Of a stretch of 64,000 nucleotides of DNA, positions 50,710 to 64,000 are shown in pieces (position 1 is the first letter of the stretch; each line of letters begins with the position of its first letter). The notes under the pieces were generated by a model. That model ran no database searches, was not told the origin of the DNA, and saw only the letters and a program-made list of their open reading frames with translations. The stretch covers positions 89,099,925 through 89,163,924 of the forward strand of contig NC_068990.1 in the NCBI RefSeq assembly GCF_001194135.2. Reading direction: 5' to 3'. A program made the translations under genes and the position numbers. The stretch is from Octopus bimaculoides. Lineage: Eukaryota.

Positions 50710-53700
50710 CTGATAACAAACGTAAGAATTGACAATTAGTAGAATTCATACAAACATCTTGTTGCTTCACAAATAAATAAGAGTGTGTGTGTGTGTGTCT
50801 ATGAAATTCAGTTCAAAGCATGGTTTCGTGCAATTATCAAAATGTCTAGCTTAAATGAATTGTTTCTTATTTCTTTACTGCCCACAAGGGGCTAAACATT
50901 GAGGGGACAAACAAGGACAGACAAAGGGATTAAGTCGATTACATCAACCCCAGTGCGTAACTGGTACTTTATTTATCGACCCCGAAAGGATGAAAGGCAA
51001 AGTCGACCTCGGTGGAATTTGAACTCAGAACCTAACGGCAGACAAAATGCCACTAAACATTTCGCCTGGCGTGCTAACGATTCTGCCAGCTCACCGCCTT
51101 AACTGAATGAATTGTTTCTGTCCCAACTCAAGCCAGCATGGAAAACGGATGTTAATGATGATAATGTCTTGATCTCAGATTGGTTATCAAGTATTTTACT
51201 CTTTGAGTCTCAGGCACTGTGACTCAATGGATAAAGATATTGCTCCTCTTACTTTAGAAAAAGAAGGTTCTTAGTTCAAATGCAGTGCAGGACCAGTTAC
51301 ATATCCAGGGATAATGTGCCCGGTGATCAATTGAAAACTGAACTGATTGAGTTTGGTTTATCAAGCCTAAATATAATCAACGATATATATATATATATAT
51401 ATAGCACAATGTATGAGATTAAGGTGATGGATTCATAATTACAACGACCTTATTATTTCAGCTAGTGTGTTGCACCCCAGAGCATAACATAACCTTACTG
51501 ACCTTAGTCTAGTTTACTGATAGACAAATTCCACTTTTGGTTTATAGTAGAATGGTAATCAATAGAAATGATGTAACAACATCAAAAACAGTTGTGCCTG
51601 TGCCAACAATATACAAATGAACAGATTTATAGGCATCTAATTTCTCATTGTACTCTCTAGTTTTTCCATCTTTACAGAATTTTCTTGTGTTAGTTCAGCT
51701 GAGAACGATTTCACTGAAACTTCTATATTGCTGATGTTTATTCCCAAGTCACTACCATTCATGAAGAACTATGATTAAAGGCATTCCAGCCATGACCATC
51801 CTGAAGTTTTACTAAATGCAGGGAACCCATGTTAATCAACCTGTTCTTTTTTAAGATGTTAGAGTGTAAATTGAGGGATATTTGACTGCTATTTCCAGCA
51901 GAGCAAATGACCATGTGGTGGCTTCCTCACTAATTTGTCATTGCTGTAATCAGATGTGCATGTGTGACACATTTCAACAACCATGGGAAATGCTTCAAAG
52001 AATTTTAGCTTTGGTTTCAATGTAACTGTTGTCCTATGGGAAAGGCTGTCAGTCAATACTTGGGTCATTACAGAGTAAAAATCAAAATGACCAAGTGGGT
52101 CTCATATACTGAACCATCAGCAATTCATAGCACTTGAGTTCAAACCACTGTACGCATTTCATTGTGCTTGAGTATTGCATTTTATTCTACTCTGCCTGAT
52201 GTTCATCCAGCCGTCAAGAATAACAACTGGATCATCTGAGAATGTGCCAACAAATTTGCATCTTAACCATGTGATATCATTTACTGGAAACCAAATACCA
52301 GTCATTAAAAAGCAGCACATGACTACAGGGAAGGAGATGCTGCAGTTCTAGTGAGACCTGTTGTAATTCTGGGCAGTCAATACATTGAATCCTGTCAGTG
52401 AATACTTACCCATTGTAGAGCTGCTGAGCTGCTGATACAACAATGGAGTTTCCATTTAAGCTCTGAGCTGGAGCTGGCTGTTGTGACATCATGTTAGTTG
52501 GTATTGGTCCCTGGGGTACAGGTCCATTGTTTGCATGGATGATTGAAGGTGGGGCCTGTCCAGGGCTTACGTATTGAGGTTGGTTTGCATATTGTTGTTG
52601 TTGCTGTTGTTGCTGAGGTGGTGGCTGTGGAAATTAATCCAAATAATAATGTCATTAATGAGATTACAAATAAGTAAAATAATATATAATAGGGAATCTG
52701 TGAATGCCGAATATATTATCTTAGACAACATCTCTCTCTCTCTCTATCTCTCTCTCTCTCTCTTTGTGTTTCTGTCAATTCTTAGAATATGTTTAATATT
52801 TTTTATTTGTTGGTTGTTGTTTAGATCCAGGATAAGTCTCATTAAGGAGCCCTATGATCAAAAGCATTCCAACCATGGCCATCATGTAATTTTTCATACA
52901 TGATATACAAAGACCACATTATCTCTTTATGTCATAACAAAATGTGATGAGATTTGGCTATTATTTCTAGCAAAATGAATGAATGTAAAGAATCTCTTTT
53001 TATAGCCCCATCTATTTATCATTATATTAAGTGATTGATCAGAATACAACAAACAACCACAAGGTTTTGCATAAACTATTATACAATGTTGACTTGTTAA
53101 AAATCTGTTATGATTCCAGGATATTAACAAAATTCTGGTTGAGATTTCAATTTAAATATGACTACTAAAGGTATTTCACTTCTTTTAAAAGCTAGAATGA
53201 ATAGAATTCAATGGGAATCCTCTGAAAAACAATCCAGGTGAACATGATTAATATGAAGTAGAATACAAGATGAATGCCTACCTGTGGGATACCTGATGGA
53301 ATATAAGTGCTAGGGGCTTGTTGTGGTGCAGGTTGATGGGACATATAGAACACAGGAGTTTCTTTCATTAAGTTGTGGTACATTTGTAAAGCATCCATCA
53401 CTTTCATATTTAATTCTACCAAATTAGCGTGTTTCCTGTCAACAGAAAAACAAAAGAGTTGAAATGTTTTCATTGTAAGGTTACAAAATGGCTGTAATCG
53501 TATGGAAACCACATGGTTAAACAAATATACATTCACCACTCATACTGTCTGGGCTATGAAAGGTCATATATTTTTGTTTGTCATAATTATTCATACCAAT
53601 ATGTAATTCCTGACGAAGAATCTAATTTTTATCTCAAGAAGAGCTTTTCATTTTTGTTTTTGGAATTAATTAGACCTGGATTATGAATTAAAGATCGTCT

Positions 53701-53785
53701 ACAACTACAATTTTTTTCCTTTCCTTATACTTCATTTGTACATATGTATATACATATGTATATATGTATATATATATATATATAC

Positions 53786-53843
<58 letters not shown>

Positions 53844-54435
53844 NNNNNNNNNNNNNNNNNNNNNNNNNNNNNNNNNNNNNNNNNNNNNNNNNNNNNNNNN
53901 NNNNNNNNNNNNNNNNNNNNNNNNNNNNNNNNNNNNNNNNNNNNNNNNNNNNNNNNNNNNNNNNNNNNNNNNNNNNNNNNNNNNNNNNNNNNNNNNNNNN
54001 NNNNNNNNNNNNNNNNNNNNNNNNNNNNNNNNNNNNNNNNNNNNNNNNNNNNNNNNNNNNNNNNNNNNNNNNNNNNNNNNNNNNNNNNNNNNNNNNNNNN
54101 NNNNNNNNNNNNNNNNNNNNNNNNNNNNNNNNNNNNNNNNNNNNNNNNNNNNNNNNNNNNNNNNNNNNNNNNNNNNNNNNNNNNNNNNNNNNNNNNNNNN
54201 NNNNNNNNNNNNNNNNNNNNNNNNNNNNNNNNNNNNNNNNNNNNNNNNNNNNNNNNNNNNNNNNNNNNNNNNNNNNNNNNNNNNNNNNNNNNNNNNNNNN
54301 NNNNNNNNNNNNNNNNNNNNNNNNNNNNNNNNNNNNNNNNNNNNNNNNNNNNNNNNNNNNNNNNNNNNNNNNNNNNNNNNNNNNNNNNNNNNNNNNNNNN
54401 NNNNNNNNNNNNNNNNNNNNNNNNNNNNNNNNNNN

Positions 54436-54480
<45 letters not shown>

Positions 54481-55051
54481 AGAACATCTGTTTTACCATG
54501 CTAGCATGGTTTGGCCAAGAATTGATTTTAAGGCAGGATTTTACGGTTGGATGCTCTTCCTGTTGCCAAACTTCATGTTTTCAAGTAAGATCTTTTTTAT
54601 TCCACTGATCTTCGAATGTGAAGAGTGACTGGTTGTAATGTTAACAAGGAAATACAAGCATCATCACAGTTTCATTCAAACCATGATAAGTTACCTGTTG
54701 ACATTCACCCACACATTCACACACACACAGAGCTTACTATAGTTTCCGTCAATCAAATTCTCTCAGAAGATATTAGTCAGTCTGGAACAATGATAGAAGA
54801 CATTTGCTTTAGGTGCTGCACAGTAAGACTGAGCAGCAAGCCATGTGGTTGCAAAGCAAACATCTTCACCACAGAAACATGCTTCTGTGCGTGCATGTAT
54901 GTATGCGTGTACACATGTACATACATACATACACACACACACACAGGCAAGAAAAAGTAGCACTCAAGACATTTGGTTGAAGTTAAATGTATTTAGTAAC
55001 AGTTTGACTCAACTCCATGAAATTTAAATCGTGTGGAGCTGAGTCAAACTG

Positions 55052-55105
<54 letters not shown>

Positions 55106-58100
55106 TAATTGAAGCTGAAAAATATAATCTTGCTTACTTGTCAATCCTTTCCAATTCAGCATCAATCAGTGGACCCATTATCTTACATTGTTCTGCAAAA
55201 AATACATCAACACAGATTATGTCTTATGTCACAGCTGATATTGTTTTATTGCAATTATATCTTTCAACCTCCTCCATTCAATTATTGTTCTACATGTGGA
55301 GGAGTTGGTGTAATGATACAAAAATAGCCAAATGAAGAGAATGACTTGCAGAATGTTCAGTTTGACTAAACAGAAGTCTTTGCAGTTGTTGTATTTAATC
55401 AGTTGTGATAGCTAGAGTTGTTGTCTTGCCATATTCAGAGTAATGTCCAAAAGGAACCAGGACCACTTGATTCGAGCATGAAGATGATTTAGATCTCATA
55501 TAGAAGCAGTTGTTGAAGGTGGCTTTATTGAGTAACATTATAGAAATGAAGGTTTATTTTTATCCTCATAGCATTTTTTGATAAATAAAGTTATCTGTTA
55601 TTTTATAAACATAAATCTGCCCTCAAATATCTTATGCACCATGTGTATATGTGTGTGCTTTATATAATGTGCAGTTAGGTAGATATGTACATAATACATT
55701 ATTTACTGTTAACATCTATCTACAGCTAACAAATCCAAATGTCCCTGCAACTTAACACTATCAAGCAACACAGACTAACACCTATCATGTTACTAATTAT
55801 TTGTAGTAATCTGTTGATGAGTGATGGAATAGACAGCTAATCTCTTTTGTGGAAAAATCTAGCTGTGAGTGAGAATAACCTAATTACACCAAGCAATCGC
55901 ACAAACTTTCTGCCTTTCAAGCACAGGAAACAAGTACCAATCTATGACCCACCACTAGTAACTCACCACTTCTTATTAGGCTTAAAACTTTAGGGCTGTC
56001 ATCATAAACATTGGTACAATCAAGGAGTGTTTCTGAGATGCAGGAGCAGAGGTGAAAAATGGATTGTGGGAAGCCACATCTCCATTCCCCACTGGCAAGT
56101 AAAAGAGATGAGATGGGTGGAAGAGACAGAGAGATTAAAGTAACTGAGTGTGCATGTATATAGTGCATGCATGCATGTATGGTGTGTGTGCATGCATGTA
56201 TGGTGTGTGTGCATGTCCATGTGTGTAAATGAGTATTATATACAGGATCAGATATTAGTGATAAACTACATTGGAGTCATTCTCTTCGGGTAGTTAAGGC
56301 TTTTGAAGGAAAGCATAAATTCCACAACATCTTGGTCACTATTTTCTGTTAATCTGAAGTTTAGATAAAAAGCTTTTATTTTTACCTTCAAGAGATAATA
56401 ACTCCGAAGAATCTGGTTGTGTTTCTCCTGTTGGATCAGCATTCTGGATCAGTGCCAATACTTGGTCAATCTTTGACTGTAGTAACATTGTTTAAGGAAA
56501 AATAAAGGAAATAGAGATTTTCAAAGTTAGAATGTAACATATAAACAGACATTTACATGAAGTACAAAATATAAAAAGGCTTTGTAAGGTTTGTGCTGTG
56601 TCTACTTCACAACACTGTTCAAGGACAAATAAATGAAAGAGAAATTTTAAAGTTAGACAATAACATTCAAACAGACAAAATGTTTTATAAGGTTTGTGTT
56701 GCATCTACTGCACAAGTACAATAACTGATTCTAGATATAACAAAATTTCTGGCTCCAATTATAAACTACTCTTATATTCCTCAGAAGATCCATCAGGCTG
56801 AGCAAAATCGCAGTCATGGCAGATACCAGTATCATGCAAATTGGCACCTGTGCCAATGCTATGCAAATGGCACCCATGCCAGTTGCACATAAAAGCACCC
56901 ATTACACTCTTGGAGTGGTTGGCATTAGGAAGGGCATCCAGCTGTAGAAAACTATGCCAAATCAGACTGGAGTCTGGCGCAGCCTTCCAGCATACTAGCC
57001 CAGTCAAACTGTCCAACTCATGCCAGCATGGACAATGGATGTTAAATGATGATGACGATGATGATGATAGCAATATATATATATATATCATCATCATCAT
57101 CATCATCATAATTGTAGAAACCAAGCCAAAGCTGACACTGGAGCTTGACATAGTCCTGTGGCTCGTTGGATCCAGTGAAACAATCCAACCCATGCCAACC
57201 CCTGTTAAATGATGATACTGATAATTTAGAGATAAAAACGAAAAGAAATTCACCTCATCCACTTCTACTTCTTCCGGAAGAGTTTCCATAACTTTCACAT
57301 CGACTTCTTCATTGAACTGAACACCTTTTTTCTCTTTCACTGAAGTTGAAAAAAAGACAACACAAACATGAGACGAAATACTGTGATGTCAACCACCACA
57401 ACATGTTAGCTCTAATGATACAGTTCTAAGCATGTTGATACATTATATATATATATGAATGATACAGCATTGAATTGATGAAAGCCAGATGGCAGAGTGG
57501 ATAGAGCAAAGGAGAACTGAGAAGTTAAGAGATTCTTAAAATGTCACTTGCATGATTTTGTGTCAAAGTATTTAGTTCTCCATGACAGTCCACTGATGTA
57601 CTATAGGGTGGCGTAACTCACCACAGTAAGTAGATACTACAGGATGATACAGTTCACCTAACTCTGTTTTACTTTAAGAATTAAAATTGTAACTCTAGCA
57701 ATAGGATTTAGAAATTTGATAAAATAAAAGCTTTTCCCACCATCCAAGCTACTGACATAGATAAAAGGGATAAATATATAAATGGACGTACTCTCTTCTG
57801 GTTCAGCTGTTAGATTAGAAGTAACAAAGTTGGCAGGAAACAGCCCCTCTCCTCTGTGACTGAAACCTTTCCACCAGTTTGGATCCCTATAAAAACAAGG
57901 AAACATAAGATATGTAAAACACAAACTCATAAATAACTTTTAACACAAAGCTACATAATTTGAAGGAGGCAACAGTTGGTTATATTAATCTCAGAACTTG
58001 AGTTACTTAATTTTAGTGACCTCATATATCCCTTTATACTCTGAATTTAAATCATAGCTTATATAGCTTTGTCTCTCAAATGTTGTAGAGTTGATAAAAA

Positions 58101-61100
58101 CCAGCTTTACATCCTTTAGTTCAAAAGAACATCTAAGTTGTGACAGCAGAAGGCAGACGGGGCTGCATTAGCTTCGTACTCATCTGCAACTGAGCATACT
58201 AAATCAGCATAAAATAAAGTACCTCGTTCAAAGATACTATGTGTTACCTGATCCAGGAGTTGAACCCACAACCTTATGATTGTGAGCCCAACGCCTTAAC
58301 CATTTAACGACATTCTAATGAGGGGACAAATAAGGTAAAAAGAGAATAAGGAAAATTAGACTTACGTATCATCTTGTACACTAATGATTTCACCAGCTTT
58401 AAAGTTAAGTTCATTATCTTCTGCTGCTTCAAAATCATACAGAGCTCTCACCTGTATCAGGAAGGGAGACAGAAAGAAATCTTAGTTATCGATTATTGGT
58501 GATTAGCAAACAACATAATGTAAAGTGATGTCAGTTGACCAAGCAAAATATCATAGTAAAACTGACATGTAGATAGATGTTAGTTGTCTGAGGTGACATG
58601 CAGATGACATGTTAATCCTCCAAAATGACATGCAGACAAATGCCAGTTGTCCAAGGTGACATGTAGGCATATCTCAGTTGTCTAAGGTCATATGCAACTG
58701 TGTCTTAGCTGTCCAAAATGACATGTAAACATGTCTTAATTGTCCAAGGTGACGTATAGACATAGGTTGGTTGCCCCAGCAGTGTTGCAATATGATAAAA
58801 TTATTTAAGTAAAAACTAGAGCTGACAGATTTTGTTAATTTCCACCCCTACAAAACTAATAAAATACAACTAAATCCATAATAATAGATGTAAAATTCTG
58901 TTTGTCTAGGACCCCTGTATCTCAGTCTATATTTGCTCTCCATAGACATATTATACTCTTTTGAAATCAGGATGATCCCAGAATTGAAAATTTGCCCTTC
59001 AGTTGGTTCTTGAACATTCAACATTGGGATCAGGTCTAGATGAGGATTTTTTATATGCTAACAAGTACTGGGGTTGATGTAAAATTTCAGGCATTGTGTC
59101 TATAGTAGAAAGGATTATTATTATTGTTGTTGTTACACTATTTATACACACTTTTACTGCACTACTTTCACCATTAAAGTTAAGGCGCAAACTCCAGGGT
59201 AACAGACCACTCACTGGCCTAAATGAACTATTGATCTCTACATTTGTATTGAGTACTTATTCTCGAGATCATTACTTAACAATGGACATATATATCATAG
59301 TCAGACAGACAAGATGTAAAACACAGCAACGTCATAAAGATCAACTAACTAAAACAGTCAACAGGCTAGACAAACATGGTAACTTCTACATATTAAATTT
59401 GGCTTTTAAATGGCACAAGCAACCTTTGAACTTAGTATCTGGTGTGTTATTTTTCTAACAACTACTTGATTAAATCTGGAGAACAAAAAATGAAAAATTG
59501 AGAGACAAAGAAGGAAAAGAAAGTGTGGACAGTTAGAGACAGAGGGAAATGTAAAGGCGAGACTGAATAAATATTTATTTTCAAACACACAAAATCAAAC
59601 ACAAAATTTACATACTTTGCGATACTCTTTGCTTTTGGGCAAAGTATTACTGCTGCTAAGGGCAGGGGAAGCTGATGGGTATAACGAACCACCAGTTTTG
59701 GATTTTTCAGCTTCTTGTAATGATAAAGCAATGGCTGAAAAATATAAAACATATGAAAATCAATTAATTGAAAAAGAAAATTGATTAATGAATTTACTCA
59801 AATTAGTATAACATCATAATTATGATGAAACAAAACCACAAAACAAAACCTGAAAAATAATTTCTATTAAAAGATACAAGGCCTGAAATTAGGTGGGAAG
59901 TATATAGTCTATTATATTGAACTCAACATTGGACTAGAACTTTGTGAGTCAGGAAGGATGGAAAGCCAAGTCAACCTTAGAAGGACCCTTAGTAGTACCC
60001 TGTTGTTCGTATACACTGACATTGCACATCCAGTGGAGCATCACTTGCACATAAATATGTTTACACAGATTCATTGGACATGCACACAACCACATATACA
60101 CACATGCATACATGTTTTTCAATGCTACCATAGGTTAGACAAATAATTATTGAGGCATTATTTTACAGCCAGATAAGGACATATAAAACTTCCCTATATG
60201 CCAAAACTCCGTCTATTAAGATATTCAAACAATGAGACAACATAAAGAAATGTTAACCTTTTGCTATATCATCTTCTTCCTGTTGTGTTTGAACAGCATC
60301 AGGATTTGAAATAAGTGTTGGTGTTTTCTTTGGCTGTTAAAGAAAAAGAAGAAAAAAATGATTATCTAAACATGCATCTAAGGATTAGGAATATAAAACT
60401 CATAATTGTAACTTGTCAAGTTTCAGTTTTAAAATCAAATTTTAAACTTCTTTGTAATGAATATGCTTGTGAAGTGAACTGTTTAACTACACAGACATCC
60501 CTATGTATTTAATGTGTATGTGTGTTTATATTTTAATTCTAAGATAATGATACACTTTGTCCTGTCAGATGAGTGTAATGTTGAAGGAAACTCAGAACAG
60601 CTCAATGAGTGAATATATTACAGCTATGATATAAAAATACACACAACCTCTATCTTAAATATATGTATTCAATAACTGACATAAAACTAACATCTATTAC
60701 ACTGAAATATCAGTAACGAGCAAACATAACACTGTGTGGTTTCTGATTACATCTGCAGGTCACATGATATGTTGTTGTTTGCTCTTTGTTTTTGGTCACA
60801 TGATGCACTGTACCTATTTGTTCCTTCCATTCTCTTTGGCGTCCCTGAATACACACCTTAGACCTAAGTTAACACAATAGGACAAAGTTTTACGATTTAC
60901 ATTTTAGTAGTTTTACATTTGATTTTTGTTTTTAAGGATGAGTGAGAGGACATAAAAATTAGCCTATGAACTGTTGCTGGGAGTGTTATGAATGCCTTTC
61001 TAACCACCAACTAAAATAAGGGTGACAGAGGTGTTTTTAGATGAGCTGAAGACTGAGCCTTGCTAAAGGACACAATATCTGAGACTCCCTTCGGTCATGA

Positions 61101-63505
61101 CTGACCATGGCAATGTTCCTAGAAAGTTACCCTCCCAGGCACAAGTCCGGGCAAGGTTGTTTATGGAAGACCAGCAGTCACCCAGGCATACCAGTCTCCC
61201 CTCTCCATGCCACCAATGTTATCCAAGGGAAAGGCAAAGGTCGATACAGCTTGGTACCTGTGACGTCGCAACTCATTTCTACAGCTGAGTGAACTGGAGC
61301 AACGTGAAATAAAGTGTCTTGCTCAAGAACACAACACGCAGCCCGGTCCGGGATTCAAACTCACAACCTCACAATCGTAAGCTCGACGCTCTAACCACTG
61401 AGCCATGCACCTTCACAAGGACAACATAATAGTGACAGAAAAGTTTGAGTATGATTTACTCATGACCAAATAGACTACATCGTACTTTGGTACTTTAGTT
61501 TATAATATCAAAGTAACCAATATCTAGGCTGTAAAGTATCAATTTCCAGAGTTATGTGGAAAAAACATTAAACAGAAGCTTTGAACTTGTTCAATGAAAT
61601 ATGTAAGCAAATGAATAATGGAAGCTTGACACAAATCAGAAAAATGCAGTTGTAAAGCTCAAATGTTTGATATCACATCTAATTTTAAATCTCATAAAAA
61701 CCAGTTTTCAATGAAATAAATAAGTCATGGCTGCTTAACCTTTTAACAGTTACATGTGATCTTTATAATTTAAGCAGTTGACAATAAAATATAGTGATGA
61801 GATATTATACACAAGAAATGTATAAACAAGATTCTTCCTCTTCAGTTATATAATCAGGGAAAATAATTCACCAATATTAAACAAAATTAACAAATAAAAA
61901 AAATTTTCTCTACACATGCAAGAATTTGATTAAGAAATTTCTTACACAACCACATAGTTCAGTCCCACTACACAGTCCTAAGACAAAAATATTCTGCTAA
62001 AGGCCTTTGAGTGGATTTGATATATGGAAACTGAAAGAAGCTTGTTGTATATATATATTTTGTAATCTTTCTGTAAAATCAGCAGCACAGCGTGCATAAC
62101 AAAGCTTCCCCTTTGAATTACAGGAAGAAACCATATGATGGGCTTCCACATAGTTTCCATCAATCCCAGTTTCACTCAGAAGGCTTAAGTCAATCTGAGG
62201 CTATGGTAAAAGACACTTGCCCAAGTTGCCACTTAGCAGGATTGAACCTGGAAACTTGTGATTGAGAAATAAACTTCTTAACCAACTGACTATTTAAAAT
62301 AAAATTGCACAAGTTATTTCAAAAAGGAAACATTAAGGAAAATTAATGCTTACCACTGTATCTGGATCGGAGAAGTCATGTCCCTCTTTTTTTAAGTTTT
62401 CATACAGCGATGGCATCAAGCTGGAGAGAATTATCAAAATAATAAAGTTTCAATAAATTTATGTAATTAAAAAAAAAAACAAGACAGGCCTTACAATTGC
62501 CTGATATTCATCAAAGACGGAGACACAACTTACTAATGATTGGAGACAAAACAAGGAAAAAGAAAATTCAAATACAACAATAACTGTTTCAGCATTTATG
62601 GCACTTCCTAAAAGCAGAAGTAGGTTTCATTCAGTTCACCACAAGCTTACCTGTCACTCTGCAGCCCACAATAACTTTATAGAAAATGCATATTGAAGTG
62701 CACAGAAGATACAATAAAGACATTGGCATACTGTCAGCAACAGAAAGGGCTTTAGAAATATCAGCACACTAGAATATCTGGCAAAACCAGCAGCTATGAA
62801 TTGAAGACAATAGACTGCACTGATGGCCTGCTGGATACAATAGTTTAGCTATGTTTCTTAGAGAATGGATACAATTATTGCTGAATCTGGGCCTAATGAA
62901 AGTATATATTTACTGTAGCATAAATGGTATAAAAATATATTTTTTTAAAAAGCAGCTTCTGTTGGCAACAAAATATTTTCTTCCCATACAAAAGATGTAT
63001 ACAAAATGTAATGGAGTGTGGTACTCAATGCAGAAGATTGGGAAGACAAAGAAGAAAAGAATGCTCCTGTCTGCAGCATCAACCTCCACTCTGGAACCCA
63101 ACTGATATAAAAAAGCACAAACATTTCCTTCAAGATTATCAGCAGAAAACATCAGCAAGACAGTGCATCTCCCCACAGAAATAGTAGCCAAATCCCTCCG
63201 ATTATACCTTATTATCTTGAAATAAAACACAATGGATAATGCAGTGCTGGACATAAAAACGGCAGAGCGACCAAAGGTTGGAACATTTTGGGTCAGAATT
63301 ACCCAGTTGGGCTAATAACAGCTACTGCCAGCGATAACCATAGAAAATGGAGTCACAAGGGATGAAAATTAAGAACAGAGAAACCCAAATTAGAAATTAA
63401 GAATATTAATTTGACTTACTTTAGAGCTGGTTCATCTTTGAATTCTGGCATCTCTGCCCATCGTTTTATCAACAACTTCAGCTTCTGTGCTACTTTTGGG
63501 TGAGC
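50529..63505 (-). CDS. STAM: Signal transducing adapter molecule (ESCRT-0; VHS end, UIM, SH3, GAT/coiled-coil, P/Q-rich tail), 12 exons in window, 5' part outside window
   Basis: Exons 63420-63505, 62354-62420, 60258-60333, 59616-59734, 58366-58451, 57792-57886, 57254-57339, 56386-56476, 55138-55192, 53282-53435, 52410-52624 and 50529-50709 are all phase-compatible. Motifs: [58 protein letters not shown]...[15 protein letters not shown]-terminal QPLL*. Confidence 0.96.
50925..51100 (-). mobile_element. Well-preserved SINE family A copy in the last STAM intron
   Basis: Near-exact reverse complement of the 12905-13110 element. Confidence 0.8.
52410..52624 (-). CDS. STAM: STAM P/Q-rich exon ([18 protein letters not shown]...QQLYNG)
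   Basis: ccacAG acceptor, GG|GTAAGT donor, open for 215 nt, phase 0-2. Confidence 0.85.
53282..53435 (-). CDS. STAM: STAM exon ([25 protein letters not shown]...GIPQ)
   Basis: Coiled-coil/ITAM-region homology. Phase 2-0. Confidence 0.93.
53844..54435. other. Assembly gap (592 N) inside a (TA)n tract in a STAM intron
   Basis: N run. The flanking STAM exons are phase- and homology-contiguous, so no exon appears to be missing. Confidence 0.95.
55138..55192 (-). CDS. STAM: STAM exon ([18 protein letters not shown])
   Basis: MGPLID motif. Phase 1-2. Confidence 0.94.
56386..56476 (-). CDS. STAM: STAM GAT-region exon ([30 protein letters not shown])
   Basis: ctacAG acceptor, G|GTAAAA donor, phase 0-1. 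Confidence 0.93.
57254..57339 (-). CDS. STAM: STAM exon ([15 protein letters not shown]...VEVDE)
   Basis: Matches the STAM K.VQF..V segment. Phase 1-0. Confidence 0.92.
57792..57886 (-). CDS. STAM: STAM SH3 exon 2 ([31 protein letters not shown])
   Basis: SH3 WWKG and GLFPxNFV motifs. Phase 2-1. Confidence 0.96.
58366..58451 (-). CDS. STAM: STAM SH3 exon 1 ([28 protein letters not shown])
   Basis: Canonical SH3 ALYDF motif. Phase 0-2. Confidence 0.96.
58560..58765. repeat. Degenerate ~30-bp minisatellite (GACATGTAGACATATCTTAGTTGTCCAAGGT-like), about 7 units
   Basis: GACATG/GTTGTCCAAGGT recurs at ~30-nt spacing. Confidence 0.7.
59616..59734 (-). CDS. STAM: STAM exon ([11 protein letters not shown]...GSLYPS...KEYRK)
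   Basis: ttttcAG acceptor, GTATGT donor, phase 1-0. Confidence 0.92.
60258..60333 (-). CDS. STAM: STAM exon, first half of UIM (PKKTPT...QQEEDDIAK)
   Basis: taacAG acceptor, G|GTTAAC donor, phase 0-1. Confidence 0.92.
61081..61416 (-). mobile_element. tRNA-derived SINE family D
   Basis: Minus-strand head TGGCTCAGTGGTTAGAGC...GAGTTTGAATCCC, followed by a GTCTTGCTCAAG/CAGCTGAGTGAACTGG body. A partial copy lies at ~58150-58300. Confidence 0.7.
62354..62420 (-). CDS. STAM: STAM exon ([22 protein letters not shown])
   Basis: ctccAG acceptor, GTAAGC donor, phase 2-0. Confidence 0.92.
62550..63300 (+). mobile_element. Possible highly decayed piggyBac transposase remnant
   Basis: Fragmentary YN..AM..RMDTII...HKWYKNIFF and HFPSRL across frames. 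Weak. Confidence 0.35.
63420..63505 (-). CDS. STAM: STAM exon, end of VHS domain ([10 protein letters not shown]...FKDEPAL)
   Basis: ttttcAG acceptor, GTAAGT donor, phase 0-2. Confidence 0.93.
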
Positions 63506-64000
63506 CTGAAAACAAAAGAAACAAACATTTTATTTCAGACAAGATGAAATACATATATATATTTCAGATTCTCTTAATAAGAAGAAGGGATGTTGATGAA
63601 AACTTCTTCAATATTGTTCGTTTCCAAAATTGTTTACAATTTTTGCCTGTGTGTGTTTATGTTCAACAGATGGTTGTGTGTGTTACAAATGTACAAAACA
63701 GATATTTAGAGTATTTTTAGCTTATGCTAGAAATAAAACAAAGTAATCTTTTGGTTTAATATCACAACCTCCATTTTACTTTAAACATTAAAGGATGCAT
63801 GCTAATTTTGCTGAGAGGTCGCTTAAAAATGCAGAATTGCAAAACTAGAGCTCCACTAATTAAGTCTGTCCTGTCTGTCTCTTTTGCAACTACAAGTAAA
63901 ATCTTTACTCATACACAAACAGTTTAAAAAATAATGCAGAAACAATATGTCCTCATTGCTACAGTACAGACAATACAGTCATTATGGTGTGTGATTTAGT

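Noticed and set aside
53732-54628. Long 246-294 aa ORFs
   Set aside because: They run through the 592-N gap and (TA)n tracts, so they are artefacts.
61335-61416. tRNA-like A and B boxes
   Set aside because: No acceptor-stem closure and it continues into a SINE body, so it is a SINE head rather than a tRNA gene.
1-64000. CRISPR arrays, rRNA or prokaryotic operons
   Set aside because: Eukaryotic intron-exon architecture, with no regularly spaced repeat-spacer arrays or rRNA-like sequence.

Overview
AT-rich, intron-rich animal genomic DNA with two assembly gaps (1058-1067 and 53844-54435). The repeat landscape suggests a cephalopod, probably Octopus; this is inference. I reconstructed four protein-coding genes by hand from GT-AG splice sites, phase continuity and recalled family motifs: POP7/RPP20 (+, single coding exon 11236-11676), UQCC1/CBP3 (-, 10 exons, 27790 to 13737), a ZNF800-like C2H2 gene (+, 32814-35318) and the 3' 12 exons of STAM (-, 63505 to 50529; its 5' exons lie beyond the window). 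The rest is microsatellites, tRNA-derived SINEs, LINE remnants (RTE, L1/Tx1, R4/Dong-like), mariner/maT/pogo/piggyBac derivatives and fold-back MITEs. The most unusual signal is a set of minimal type I hammerhead ribozyme motifs. One sits inside a tRNA-headed, SINE-like element (1703-2024). Two are in a fold-back copy of the same family with a 12-bp target-site duplication just downstream of UQCC1. A second ribozyme family lies in sense orientation in the ZNF800-like 5'-UTR intron. No database searches were run, so gene and family names rest on recalled motifs.
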